From Elusimicrobiota bacterium (GTDB lineage: Bacteria > Elusimicrobiota > Elusimicrobia > Elusimicrobiales > UBA9959): a DNA stretch of 64,000 nt. This document shows, piece after piece, positions 53,400-63,664 of the stretch. A program made the position numbers and the translations under genes. The notes beneath the pieces were generated by a model that saw only the letters and a program-made list of their open reading frames with translations, was not told the DNA's origin and searched no databases. How positions within the stretch are numbered: the stretch's first letter is position 1; every line of letters starts with the position of its first letter. The DNA lies in assembly GCA_016234365.1 (NCBI GenBank), contig JACRER010000031.1:9729-73728 (forward strand). The letters are read 5' to 3'.

Positions 53400-54890
53400 A
53401 TGGGTAAATTCGTGGAATGCGTGCCGAATTTCAGCGAGGGGCGTGACCTGGCCAAGATCAACGCCATAGTGGACTCCGCCCGGGCCATCCCCGGCGTGCT
53501 GGTGCTGGACGTGGAGAAGGACGCGGACCATAACCGCACCGTGCTCACCTTCATAGCCCCCGTGGAGACCGCCGCGGACGCCATGTTCGCGGTCACCAAA
53601 AAAGCCGCCCAGCTCATAGACCTCAACCACCACAAGGGCGAGCATCCCCGCATGGGCGCCACGGACGTGGCCCCGTTCATCCCGATAATGGATTCCACCA
53701 TAGAGGACTGCGTAAAGCTGGCCGAGAAGGCCGGCGAGCGCATAGGCAAAGAACTTAATATCCCGGTTTACCTCTACGACCGCGCCGCGAAGTTCGAACA
53801 CCGGCGTGACCTGGCCAAAGTCCGCAAGGGTCAGTTCGAAGGCCTGAAAGAAGTAATAGGCAAGGACCCCGAGCGCGTGCCGGATTTCGGCCCTAACCAT
53901 ATCCACCCCACCGCCGGCGCCATGGCCGTTGGCGCCCGCAACCAGATCGTGAATTTCAACGTCAACCTTAACACCACCGACATGGAATTCGCCAAGGGCC
54001 TGGCCAAGAAGATCCGTACCTCGGGCGGCGGCCTGCCGGCCCTGCGCGCCAAGGAGATCTTCCTGGAATCCAAGGGTCAGGTGCAGATGTCCACCGTGCT
54101 GACCGACTACAAGACCACCTCCATAAAGCGCGTGATGGACGAAATGCAGAAGGACCTCGGGCCCAAGGGCATAGCCGTCACCGGCACCGAGCTCATAGGC
54201 CTGACCACCCAGGACGCCATCACGGATTACGCCGTGGAGAACCTCAAGGTGCAGGATTTCAAGAAGGACGAACAGGTGCTCGAGACCAAACTGCTCAAAC
54301 TCCTCTCCTCCTGGCAGGCCGGCGCGGGCCTATTCGTGGACGCGCTCGCCAATACCGACCCCACCCCCGGCGGCGGCTCGGCGGCCGGCGTGAGCGGCGC
54401 CATGGGCTGTGCCCTCGGCCAGATGGCCATAGGCATCACTCTTCGCGGCAAGAAGCTCGAAGAGGCCAAGAAGCCGGCCCTGCGCGAGCTCAACGACAGG
54501 CTGGGAGGACACAAGGCCGCCCTGCAGAGCTGCGTGGCGGAAGACGCCGCTTCCTTCGACGGCTTCATGGAAGCCATGAAGATCCCCAAGGACAATCCCG
54601 AGCGCAAAGTGAAGATGCAGGCCGCCCTTAAGCACGCGGCCGAAGTGCCGCTCAAGACCGCTCGCCTGGCCTCCGAGGCCATGGCGGGGCTCACTGTCTG
54701 TCACGGCTCCATTTCCTCCCACGTGATGAGCGACTACCGCAGCGCCCGCTACCTGCTGGAAGCCGGGATCCGCTGCGCCGCCGAGAACGTTTTTATCAAC
54801 GCCGAGGGCATAGAGGACAAAGCCTTTGCGGAGAAGATAGTCTCCGAGGTTAAGGGTTACATAGCCTCCTGTGAAGCGGTGAAGGCCTGA
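53400..54890 (+). CDS. Bifunctional glutamate formimidoyltransferase / formimidoyltetrahydrofolate cyclodeaminase
   Basis: N-terminal VECVPNFSEGR, and a C-terminal cyclodeaminase helical domain (PGGGSAAG..GA). GGAGG RBS before the ATG at 53400. Confidence 0.85.
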   Translation: MGKFVECVPNFSEGRDLAKINAIVDSARAIPGVLVLDVEKDADHNRTVLTFIAPVETAADAMFAVTKKAAQLIDLNHHKGEHPRMGATDVAPFIPIMDSTIEDCVKLAEKAGERIGKELNIPVYLYDRAAKFEHRRDLAKVRKGQFEGLKEVIGKDPERVPDFGPNHIHPTAGAMAVGARNQIVNFNVNLNTTDMEFAKGLAKKIRTSGGGLPALRAKEIFLESKGQVQMSTVLTDYKTTSIKRVMDEMQKDLGPKGIAVTGTELIGLTTQDAITDYAVENLKVQDFKKDEQVLETKLLKLLSSWQAGAGLFVDALANTDPTPGGGSAAGVSGAMGCALGQMAIGITLRGKKLEEAKKPALRELNDRLGGHKAALQSCVAEDAASFDGFMEAMKIPKDNPERKVKMQAALKHAAEVPLKTARLASEAMAGLTVCHGSISSHVMSDYRSARYLLEAGIRCAAENVFINAEGIEDKAFAEKIVSEVKGYIASCEAVKA

Positions 54891-54910
54891 TTTTAAGGAG
54901 AACGAACTGA

Positions 54911-56551
54911 ATGGCAAGCATGGACACTATCTCACGCAACCTGATGCTGGACAGCCTTAAGGAGTACGCCAAACGGCGCATTCCCTACGACCTGCTGCGC
55001 GAGCTGGACGAAAAGAACGAATTCCCGGCCGAAATACTCAAGGAAATGTACCAGCACGACGTGCTGGGCCTGCACCTGCTGATGGTGCCCGTTGAGTACG
55101 GCGGCGTCTCGGGCGGCACCTTCGACATCTACCGCGTCTGCGAACTGCTCGCCCGCATAGACCTGGGTATCGCCACCGGCGTGTTCGCCACTTTCCTGGG
55201 CACGGACCCGCTCAACGTGGGAGGAACCGAGGAGCAGAAGGAAAAATGGCTCAAGCGCATCGCCAGCGAGAACCTGCTGGTGGCCTACGGCGCCACCGAG
55301 GCCGACGCCGGCAGCGACCTGGTGAACCTGCGCACCCGGGCGGAACACGTGGTGAAGAACGGCAAGGTGGTGGGCTACAACATCACGGGCAACAAGCAGT
55401 GGATCTCCAACGGCGGCGTGGCCGACCTCTACACCATCCTGGCGCTGGCGCCGGGCGGCCCCTGCTGGTTCCTCGTAGAGCGCAACATGGAGGGCTTCAG
55501 CCCCAACAAACACGAGGACAAGCACGGCATCCGCCTCTCCAACACCGCCGGCCTGTCGCTTGACAACGTTTACGTGCCCGCCGAGAACCTCATAGGCATG
55601 GAAGAAGGCAAAGGCCTGCTGCAGGCCCAGGCCGTGTTCGGCTAGACCCGCGTTATGGTGGCCGCCTTCGGCCTCGGCGCCGGCGAAGAGGCCCTGGAGA
55701 TTGCCATCCGCTACAGCCAGCAGCGCATCCAGGGCGGCGGGCCTCTGTCCGACAAGCAGGGCTACACGCACAAGCTGCTGGTGCCCAATTACGTGCGCAT
55801 GGAAGGCGCGCGCTCCTACATAGAATATACCTCGCAGCGCCTTGACTCCGGCGAGCACGGCCTGCAGACCGAAGGCGCCATAGCCAAGTACGGCGCCTCC
55901 GAGTGGGGGAACAAGGCCGCCGACGACGCCATACAGGCGCTGGGCGGCTACGGCTACACCAAGGACTTCCCAGTAGAGAAGATCAAACGCGACATCAAGA
56001 TCTGCTGCATCTACGAGGGTACCAGCGAAGTGCTGGAGATGACCATCTACCGCGGCCGCTGGCAGGAACACCTTAAATCCCGCGGCCGGTATTACCTGGA
56101 CATGGCCGACCGCCTGGACCAGGTGCACGCCGAGGAGCCCAAGGCTGGCGCCCACGCGGCAGCCCTCTCCCTGCGGGCGCTGGCCGCGGTCCTTGAAGAG
56201 TGCCGCGTGCAGAAGCTCACCCGCCACCAGCACGTCACCTTCAAGCTCGGCAAACTTATCTGCGCCGCCGAAACCGCCGCCATCTTCTCCACGGCCGCCG
56301 CCGCTAAGAAGTACAGCGAAACGGTGCGCTTCGACCGCGAAGGCTGGCAGGCCATGGCCCGCGTCTTCGCCCGCGAAGCGGCTCTCAACACCGCCCTGGA
56401 GGGCCTCGCCCTCGTGCAGGGCGCGGCGGAAACGCCCGGCAACCTGGCCGACGCGGTCAACATAGAAGCGGTGCAGGCCGAACAAAAAGGCATGATCGCC
56501 GACATGGACCTGGTAGCGGCCAAGCTCAAGCAGACGTTCAAGGCTAAGTAA
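54911..56551 (+). pseudogene. Long-form acyl-CoA dehydrogenase interrupted by one in-frame TAG (55643-55645)
   Basis: ORFs 54911-55645 and 55655-56551 share one frame and read through as ...[29 protein letters not shown]..., a continuous ACAD middle/C-terminal junction. The catalytic region CIYEGTSEV is intact, and a ~160-aa C-terminal extension follows. Confidence 0.8.
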
Positions 56552-56613
56552 TTTTAGGCCTCTGGCCATGCCGTAATAGGCGCGATGCGCTTCAGACGGC
56601 CTAAGGAGACAAC

Positions 56614-57405
56614 ATGCACATAGCGGTAATGATCAAACAGGTTCCCGACTCCACCGAGGTGAAGATAAACCTCGAGACGGGCACGCTCATACGCGCCGGG
56701 GTGCCGAGCATCCTCAACCCCTACGACCACTTCGCGCTGGAAGCGGCGCTGGAGCTCAAGAAGAAGCACGATTTCAAGGTGACGGTAATTTCCATGGGCC
56801 CGCCCCAGGCCAAGAGCGTGGTGCAGCTGGCTCTCGCGCTCGGCGCCGACGAGGGCGTGCTCCTCTCCGACATGGCTTTCGCCGGCTCGGACACCTGGGC
56901 CACCTCTTACGCGCTGGCCAAGGGCATAAAGAAGATCGGCAAGGTGGACATCATTTTCAGCGGCATGCAGGCCATAGACGGCGACACCGCCCAGACCGGC
57001 CCCGGCGTGGCGCAGCAGCTGGGCATCCCCCAGATCACCTTCTGCGAGCACGTGGACGTGGACGGCCGCCGGGTGCTGGCCCGCAAGCAGATAGACGGCG
57101 GCCACGAACTGCAGGAAGCCCGCCCCCCGGTGCTCCTCACCATGATCATGGGCAAGGACTACGCGCCCAAGCACCCGTCTTTCCTGGCCGTAAGCGGCTC
57201 GCTCAAGAAGCCTTTCCACGTTTGGAGCGCGGCCGACATAGGCGCGGAACCGCAGTACCTGGGCCTCAAGGGTTCGCCCACCCAGGTCAACAAGATCTAC
57301 CCGCCCCCGCAGAGGGAGAAGGCGGCCATGTTCTCGGGATCGGGCCAGGAGAGCGTGGAGAAGATCGTCGCCATACTGCGCGGCGAGCACTTCATGGGCG
57401 AGTGA
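56614..57405 (+). CDS. etfB: Electron transfer flavoprotein beta subunit
   Basis: MHIAVMIKQVPD......I, and GAD..VL.SD......D..AT...LA. Confidence 0.9.
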   Translation: MHIAVMIKQVPDSTEVKINLETGTLIRAGVPSILNPYDHFALEAALELKKKHDFKVTVISMGPPQAKSVVQLALALGADEGVLLSDMAFAGSDTWATSYALAKGIKKIGKVDIIFSGMQAIDGDTAQTGPGVAQQLGIPQITFCEHVDVDGRRVLARKQIDGGHELQEARPPVLLTMIMGKDYAPKHPSFLAVSGSLKKPFHVWSAADIGAEPQYLGLKGSPTQVNKIYPPPQREKAAMFSGSGQESVEKIVAILRGEHFMGE

Positions 57406-57430
57406 GGGATTTTAATTACCAGGAGATACG

Positions 57431-58675
57431 ATGATAGAAGTTTCCAAGAAATGCATAGGTTGTAACAAGTGCGTGCCGGTCTGCCCCTTCGCGGCTATCA
57501 ACATGATAGACAAGAAGGCCGTGATGAACGAGGCCTGCACGCTGTGCGGAGCCTGCGTCCAGGTCTGCCCGGTGCAGGCCATTACCATCACCCGCGAGGA
57601 GGGGGCGTCGCGCGACCTCTCCGGCTATAAGGGCGTCTGGGTTTACGTCGAGCTCTCCGAGACCGGCGACAATGCCTGCGCAAGTGCCGCATCAAAGGCC
57701 TCTGGCCATCAGGCGGCCAACCACCCGAAAAAGATAAAGCAGGTCACCTTTGAACTGCTCTCCGCCGGCCGCCGGCTGGCGGACGAGCTGGGAGAAGAGC
57801 TCTGCGCCGTGCTGATGACCGAGAAGGACCATGGTTACGAAAAAGAGCTTGGCGCTTACGGCGCTGACAAGGTGTACATGGTGGAGCACGACGAACTCTT
57901 CGAGTATAACACCGACATCTTCTCCACCGTGATGGTCTCGCTGGTGACCCGCCACAAGCCTTCCGTCATCCTTTACGGCGCCACCATACAGGGCCGCGAC
58001 CTCGCGCCCCGCGTGGCTTCCACGCTCTACGTCGGCCTGACCGCGGACTGCACGGCGCTCGCTATAAAGGACGGCCTGCTGCTGCAGAGCCGCCCCGCCT
58101 TCGGCGGCAATATCATGGCCGACATCCTGGCCCCTAACTCCCGGCCGCAGATGGCCACCGTCCGTCCCAACGTAATGAAGCTGGGCGAGCCGGTGCACGG
58201 CCGCTCCGCGCTGGTGGTGCGCGAGAGCGCGAAACTGGACAAAAGCCTGCGCCGCGTGAAAGTGCTCGAGCGCAAGATAGACCACGGCTCCGCAACGGTA
58301 CGCATAGAGAACGCCAATATCATAGTTTCCGGCGGCCGCGGCATGAAGACCAAGGAAAAGTTCAAGCAGCTCGAGGAACTCTCCAAACTGCTCGGCGGCG
58401 TGGTGGGAGCTTCCCGCGCGGCCGTGGACCTGGGCTTCAAGGAAAAAACCCACCAGGTGGGCCAGAGCGGCACCACCGTCTCGCCCAAGCTTTACCTCTC
58501 TTTCGGCATTTCGGGCGCGGTGCAGCACATAGTGGGCATGAAGGCCTCCGACGTGATAGTGGCCGTGAACAAGGACCCCAACGCGCCCATCTTCAACGTC
58601 GCCAAGTACGGCATAGTGGGCGACATCAACGAGATAGTGCCGAAACTGATAGAAGCGCTGAAGAAACGCAAATAG
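57431..58675 (+). CDS. etfA: Electron transfer flavoprotein alpha subunit with N-terminal 2x[4Fe-4S] ferredoxin domain
   Basis: Two CxxCxxCxxxCP motifs (CIGCNKCVPVCP; CTLCGACVQVCP), then the EtfA core and FAD-binding C-terminus (GISGAVQH..G...S..IVA.NKD..APIF). Confidence 0.9.
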   Translation: MIEVSKKCIGCNKCVPVCPFAAINMIDKKAVMNEACTLCGACVQVCPVQAITITREEGASRDLSGYKGVWVYVELSETGDNACASAASKASGHQAANHPKKIKQVTFELLSAGRRLADELGEELCAVLMTEKDHGYEKELGAYGADKVYMVEHDELFEYNTDIFSTVMVSLVTRHKPSVILYGATIQGRDLAPRVASTLYVGLTADCTALAIKDGLLLQSRPAFGGNIMADILAPNSRPQMATVRPNVMKLGEPVHGRSALVVRESAKLDKSLRRVKVLERKIDHGSATVRIENANIIVSGGRGMKTKEKFKQLEELSKLLGGVVGASRAAVDLGFKEKTHQVGQSGTTVSPKLYLSFGISGAVQHIVGMKASDVIVAVNKDPNAPIFNVAKYGIVGDINEIVPKLIEALKKRK

Positions 58676-58717
58676 GCCGGGCCTGCGCGGGAGGCCGCGC
58701 GGGCCGGCGGGTGTAAC

Positions 58718-60742
58718 GTGACATTGCTTAACAGGCTGCTGCTTATAGTGTTCGGCGCCGGGCTTATTCCCATAATCCCGGCCGGCCTGTTCCTTTTCTA
58801 TTTCCAGTCCAGGGCCAAGGAAGACATCTCCAGCCTGCAGCGCAACGTCTCCCAGATGGGCGCGCTGATGATGGAGCGCGAGGCGCAGGACCTGTCGCGC
58901 CGTTTCGAGCGGATGTGGGACGCGGATTCCCGCTACGCCAGCCAGGCGGCGCTGGAGCGCGCCCTCAAGCGCAACCCGGAATTCCTCTATCTCGCCTTCA
59001 CCGGCTCCGACGGGCGGGCGCTGTTCAGTGGCGGCGCGCCGGAGCTGAAACGCTACATGGGCTACCTGGACATGGCGCGGGACCCGCTGTTCGTGCGGGC
59101 CGCGGCCGGGGACGGGGCCGCCCTCGGCCATTTCGAGATGGTGTACGATATGCCGGTCTGCCGGCTGGTGTATCCCCTGGGCGGCGGCTACTACGCTTTT
59201 GCCGTGGTGAACCTGCGCGACCTTTTTGAGAAACTGCGCTCCCAGCGCATCGGCCCTACCGGGGGGCTGCTCCTCAGCGATCCGGAGGGCAGGGCGCTGC
59301 GCCTGTCCGGCGGTTTGGATAAGTTCGACGCGGTCGAGGTGCGCGAGATCCTGCGCCGCGGCCCGCTTTTCGAGATCACCGGGCGGGGCGGGACGTATAT
59401 CGGCGCCGCGGCGCGGGTGCGCGGTTTCGACCTGTTCGTAGTGGCCATGGAGAACCGGGCGGAAGCCTTCTCCGGGGTCAACAGGATCACCTGGCTGATG
59501 GCCTTCTTCCTGCTGGCGGTCGCCACGGCTTTCTATTTTTCCGCGCTGCTGTTCACGCGCCGGCTGGGCGTGCCGGTGGGGACGCTGATGGCCGGCGCCG
59601 GGCGGGTTTCCCGCGGAGATTTTAATACCCCGGTCAGCGAGGCGACGGAATTCGCCGAACTCTCCGACCTGCTCAGGACCTTCAACTCCATGATGCGCGA
59701 AGTGGGCCGCTACCACGGCATCCAGGTGGAAAAGGTCTTCGAGGAAAAGCAGAAGCTGGAACTGCTGGTCAGCCTTATCCACGACGCTATCATCCTCTGC
59801 GACCTGCGCGGGGAACTGCTTTACGCCAACGCGGCGGCGCTGGCCCTGCTGGGGATAGAGGCCGTGCCGCAGGGGGGGAACGAGACGCTGCGCCGCAAGA
59901 TCTCCGGGTTTGTGAGCAAGCGCGCCCTGGCCCAGGGCGGGCCGGTGGAACTGGAGGCCGGCGGGGAGAAGAAGCACTACCGCATAAGCGTCCAGACGCT
60001 CTCGCCCCGGACGCAGACCCCGGCCGTTTTCATGGTGCTGCGCGATATCACGCTGGAGCGCCGCATCCAGCAGATGAAAGAGGATTTTTTCCACTCTGTG
60101 GCGCACGACCTGCGCGCGCCGCTCCTGACCATGCAGGGCTACATCAAGCTGCTGGAAAAGGAGTTCCAGCCCGGAGTCAAACAGGCCGGCTACGTGCGCG
60201 GAGTGAAGGATTCCAGCGACCGGCTCTTCAAGCTGCTGGAGAACGTCCTGGACATCTCGCGCATGGAGGCCGGCCAGCTGCGGCCCGACCTTAAACCGAT
60301 CTCCGTCCCTGCGCTGCTTTCCGATTCTGCCGAGGGATTCCGCCCCATTTTCGACGAAAAGGGAGTGGCGCTTTCCGTGGACGCCTCCCGCGCGGCCGGG
60401 GCCGAGGTGCGCGGCGACGCGTCGCTGCTGCGCCGCGTGCTTGAGAACCTTATTTCCAACGCCTGGAAGTTCACCCCGGCCGGCGGCAAGGTTTTTATCT
60501 CGGCCGCCAGGGAAGGCCGCGACGTGGTGTTCGAGGTGCGTGATACCGGCCCTGGCATCCCGGCGGACCAGTTGGAAGCCGTTTTCGAAAAGTACAAGCG
60601 GCTTAAGGCCGGCGAGGGCGAGGACGGCTTCGGCCTGGGCCTGGCCATCGCCCGCAAGATAGTGGAACTTCACGGCGGGCGGATCCGAGCGGAAGCCGGG
60701 CCGGGCGGGGTGTTCAGGATTTATCTGGGCGTACAGGGTTAG
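58718..60742 (+). CDS. Sensor histidine kinase (periplasmic sensor, HAMP, PAS-like, HisKA, HATPase_c)
   Basis: Two TM segments, HAMP (VGTLMAGAGRVSRGDF), H-box FFHSVAHDLRAPL, and the ATPase boxes NLISNAWKF, DTGPGI, GFGLGLAI. GTG start. Confidence 0.85.
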   Translation: MTLLNRLLLIVFGAGLIPIIPAGLFLFYFQSRAKEDISSLQRNVSQMGALMMEREAQDLSRRFERMWDADSRYASQAALERALKRNPEFLYLAFTGSDGRALFSGGAPELKRYMGYLDMARDPLFVRAAAGDGAALGHFEMVYDMPVCRLVYPLGGGYYAFAVVNLRDLFEKLRSQRIGPTGGLLLSDPEGRALRLSGGLDKFDAVEVREILRRGPLFEITGRGGTYIGAAARVRGFDLFVVAMENRAEAFSGVNRITWLMAFFLLAVATAFYFSALLFTRRLGVPVGTLMAGAGRVSRGDFNTPVSEATEFAELSDLLRTFNSMMREVGRYHGIQVEKVFEEKQKLELLVSLIHDAIILCDLRGELLYANAAALALLGIEAVPQGGNETLRRKISGFVSKRALAQGGPVELEAGGEKKHYRISVQTLSPRTQTPAVFMVLRDITLERRIQQMKEDFFHSVAHDLRAPLLTMQGYIKLLEKEFQPGVKQAGYVRGVKDSSDRLFKLLENVLDISRMEAGQLRPDLKPISVPALLSDSAEGFRPIFDEKGVALSVDASRAAGAEVRGDASLLRRVLENLISNAWKFTPAGGKVFISAAREGRDVVFEVRDTGPGIPADQLEAVFEKYKRLKAGEGEDGFGLGLAIARKIVELHGGRIRAEAGPGGVFRIYLGVQG

Positions 60743-60769
60743 CGGTGAAACGTCATAAAGGGGTGTCGC

Positions 60770-62950
60770 ATGAAAGAACAGAAAGTTAAAGCCGGAAAAA
60801 AGTGGCTCTATATATCCACCGGCATATTCTCGGTGGTCTGGTACATCGCCTATGCTATCGGCGCCATGGAGGATTTCGATAACCGCTGGAGCGACCTGCG
60901 CCTCCACATGCCTAAGATTCTTGCGGCGTATTCCGGCTACCGGGGAGAAAAGTTCACCTTCCTTTTCGGCAATAAGATAAACAAGGCCGCGGATCCCAAG
61001 ATGACTATCTCGGCCATAGACGACTACACGCTCTCCCAGTACGGCTGGCCGGTAAAGCGCCGTTATTACGGCCTGCTGGTGGACCAGCTGAAGAAACTCG
61101 GCGTGAAAGCTATCGGCGTCGATGTGCTGCTGTTCGAGCCGGACAAGGATAATCCCGAAAACGACCGCCGCTACGTGGAGGCGGTGGCCCGGGCCGGGAA
61201 CGTGGTTAACCTGGCCGCCATAGATTATGAGACCGGGAAGATAAAGCTGCCGCTGAAGGGCCTGGCCCAGGCCAGCGCGTACATCGCCCACCCTAATTCC
61301 GACCTTGCCATGGACAGGGACGGCTATGTCCGGAAGTTCTTCATGTTCTACAAGGGCTGGGACACCGACGACGACGGCGGCGAGGATAAATTCCTGACTT
61401 ACAAAGACCTGAAGGCGGGGCGGCTGCGCTGCGAGCCGGGCTGCGCCGATCGCAGGATCCCTTCGCTCGGTATGGCTACTTACGCCATCTTTTCCGGCAA
61501 AACCCTTTTCGAACTTCAGGCCAAGTACGGCGGGGAACCCCTGCGCCTGAACTACCGGTACCCGGTCCTGCGCAAGGCCCACCCGGCCTGGGACAAGGAC
61601 CCTAATTCCCTGATCCAATCCGCCTACCGGCATATTTCGGTGGCGGATATCATCGAAGGCCGGCTTAGCGCCGAAGAGAAAGAGTCGCTGAAGGGCGGCA
61701 TTACCCTGCTCGGGGCCACGGCGTTGGGGGCTTTCGACCATGTGCCTTCGCCGTTCCTTACCCAGCTGCCTTGTGTCGAGGTGCACGCTACCACTATCGA
61801 CAACATCATCTACAAGGACCAGCTCAAGGAAGTGGACGCTTTCTGGATGACGATGCTGATCCTGATCCTGCCCTGGGTGGCCGTATTCCTGGGCCGGTAT
61901 CCCATCAAGTCGATGGTGATAGCTTCGTTCTCCATCATGGGCACTATCCTGGCCGCGGACATCTGGCTCAGGGCCAACCTCTACGACATGCCGTTCATCG
62001 TGGTGATCCTGGTCTTCTTCCTGCCCTTCCTGTACATCGTGGTGGATAAGGGCCTGAGCGAAGGCCGCGAGAAGAAGTGGATCAAGAACACCTTCGGGCA
62101 GTACCTCTCCCCCAAGGTGGTGGACCTGATCACCAAGGACCCTTCCAAACTTTCCCTCGGCGGAGAGAAGCGCGAGATGACGGCCTACTTCCTGGACATG
62201 GCCGGCTTCACCAGCATGTCGGAGAAGATGTCCCCCGAAGAGCTGACCGCCATGCTCAACGAGTACCTGTCCGCGTTCACGGAAGTCATCCTCAAACACG
62301 ACGGCACCGTGGACAAGTACATCGGCGACTGCATCGTGGCCTTCTGGAACGCGCCGCTGGACCAGGCCGACCACCGCAAACTGGCCGTGCTGGCCGCGGT
62401 GGACTGCCAGGACGAGATGACGCGGCTGAATACGTCCCTGACCCGGTTCTCGGTAAAGCCGGCCTGCCGCGTGGGTGTCAACTCCGGTCCCATGGTCGTG
62501 GGCAACATGGGCTCGCGTACCCGCCTCTCCTACACGGTCATGGGCGACTCGGTGAACCTGGCCTCGCGCCTGGAAGGCGCCAACAAGTTCTTCCACTCCA
62601 AGATCATGACCAGCGAGGAAACCTTCAAGGACCTGAAGGACCAGTTCGATTACCGCTACCTGGGCAGCATCCGCGTGGTGGGCAAGGCCATTCCGGTCAA
62701 GGTTTACGAACCGTTCGCCCGCAAAGGCGCCGCGGCGCCGGAGGTGAAGGAAATGCTCGGGCATTACGAAACCGCCCTGGCGAAGTTCGAGAAGGGGGAT
62801 TACAGATCCGCCCTGAAGGACTTCAAGGCGGCGCTGGCCGCCAGGCCCGGCGACGGGCCTTCGCAGTTCTATATAGAGACCTGCGAACAGTACGTTAAAG
62901 AGGTGCCTAAGGACTGGGACGGTTCGTTCAACCTGACCTCAAAGGGCTAA
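60770..62950 (+). CDS. CHASE2-domain class III adenylate/guanylate cyclase
   Basis: N-terminal TM helix and an extracytoplasmic CHASE2-like region, 3 TM helices, and a cyclase core (MTAYFLDMAGFT...KYIGDCIVAFWNAP...GPMVVGNMGS..R..YTVMGDSVNLASRLE). Confidence 0.85.
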   Translation: MKEQKVKAGKKWLYISTGIFSVVWYIAYAIGAMEDFDNRWSDLRLHMPKILAAYSGYRGEKFTFLFGNKINKAADPKMTISAIDDYTLSQYGWPVKRRYYGLLVDQLKKLGVKAIGVDVLLFEPDKDNPENDRRYVEAVARAGNVVNLAAIDYETGKIKLPLKGLAQASAYIAHPNSDLAMDRDGYVRKFFMFYKGWDTDDDGGEDKFLTYKDLKAGRLRCEPGCADRRIPSLGMATYAIFSGKTLFELQAKYGGEPLRLNYRYPVLRKAHPAWDKDPNSLIQSAYRHISVADIIEGRLSAEEKESLKGGITLLGATALGAFDHVPSPFLTQLPCVEVHATTIDNIIYKDQLKEVDAFWMTMLILILPWVAVFLGRYPIKSMVIASFSIMGTILAADIWLRANLYDMPFIVVILVFFLPFLYIVVDKGLSEGREKKWIKNTFGQYLSPKVVDLITKDPSKLSLGGEKREMTAYFLDMAGFTSMSEKMSPEELTAMLNEYLSAFTEVILKHDGTVDKYIGDCIVAFWNAPLDQADHRKLAVLAAVDCQDEMTRLNTSLTRFSVKPACRVGVNSGPMVVGNMGSRTRLSYTVMGDSVNLASRLEGANKFFHSKIMTSEETFKDLKDQFDYRYLGSIRVVGKAIPVKVYEPFARKGAAAPEVKEMLGHYETALAKFEKGDYRSALKDFKAALAARPGDGPSQFYIETCEQYVKEVPKDWDGSFNLTSKG

Positions 62951-63664
62951 ATGATAATCTTCTGGCGACTGTTGCTCTCACACCTGCTGGCCGACTTCAC
63001 GCTCCAGTTCGACGCCGTGAACCGCATGAAGCGCGAGAACGTCTGGGGCATGCTGCTGCACTGCGTCACGCACTGCTTGGTGGCCGTGGCGCTGTTGTGG
63101 GGTTACCTGGGGCAGGCCTGGGTGAAGATCGGCCCGCTGGGGATAAACGGCTGGTGGGCGCTCGGCATCATGTTCGTGGTCCACTTCCTGATAGACGAGC
63201 TGCGCATCTACAGCATGAAGACGCTGGGCTACCGGGATGGCACGGTCAGTTTCCTGATAGACCAGCTGCTGCACATCTACGTGCTGTTCATGCTCTCTCC
63301 GGTGGCGATCCCTGACCGCAACCTGCTGCTGGCCGAGAAATGGGTGGGCATCGGCTGCATGCTGGTGCTGGTGGCGCATTTCACCACGGTGCTGATTTAC
63401 TTCGTGGAGAAGGATTTCTTCGGGAAAGGCTTCCCGCGCTTCGACGAGAAATATTTCCTGATCTTCGAGCGCCTGGTGCTCTGGGCGTTCTTCTTCGTCG
63501 GGGGCTGGTGGTGGGTGCCTTTCGCGCTGGCGTGGGTGGCGCAGATCTTCTACATCAGGAAGAAACGCATCATCGACCTGTCCGCCGCGAACGTGGCGCT
63601 GAGCGTGGGAATTACCGCCGTGCTGGGCGCCTGGACGCGCTATATCTACTACGGGGGGCTGTGA
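62951..63664 (+). CDS. DUF3307-like integral membrane protein
   Basis: N-terminus LLSHLLADFTLQ is typical of DUF3307. Multiple TM helices. The start abuts the cyclase stop (TAAATG). Confidence 0.6.
   Translation: MIIFWRLLLSHLLADFTLQFDAVNRMKRENVWGMLLHCVTHCLVAVALLWGYLGQAWVKIGPLGINGWWALGIMFVVHFLIDELRIYSMKTLGYRDGTVSFLIDQLLHIYVLFMLSPVAIPDRNLLLAEKWVGIGCMLVLVAHFTTVLIYFVEKDFFGKGFPRFDEKYFLIFERLVLWAFFFVGGWWWVPFALAWVAQIFYIRKKRIIDLSAANVALSVGITAVLGAWTRYIYYGGL

Noticed and set aside
55643-55645. Pyrrolysine or genome-wide TAG reassignment as the explanation for the in-frame TAG
   Set aside because: TAG terminates several well-defined genes in this window at the positions expected from homolog lengths. 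No pyl genes are seen here, and ACADs are not known Pyl proteins. Local read-through or a sequencing error cannot be excluded, so the site is kept as a finding.
56556-57709. 14-nt exact repeat AGGCCTCTGGCCAT (56556-56569 and 57696-57709) flanking etfB
   Set aside because: The expected number of chance 14-mer matches in 64 kb is on the order of several (64000^2/2 divided by 4^14 is about 8). There is no extended similarity around either copy.
57692-62764. 1690-aa ORF on the minus strand spanning etfA, the histidine kinase and the cyclase
   Set aside because: The three sense genes start at 57431, 58718 and 60770, all congruent to 2 mod 3. The antisense frame is therefore codon-aligned and can only be stopped by sense TTA/CTA/TCA codons, which are rare in these GC3-rich genes. 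The translation is Arg/Gly/Ala/His-rich low complexity with no motifs, while the sense strand has unmistakable domain signatures.
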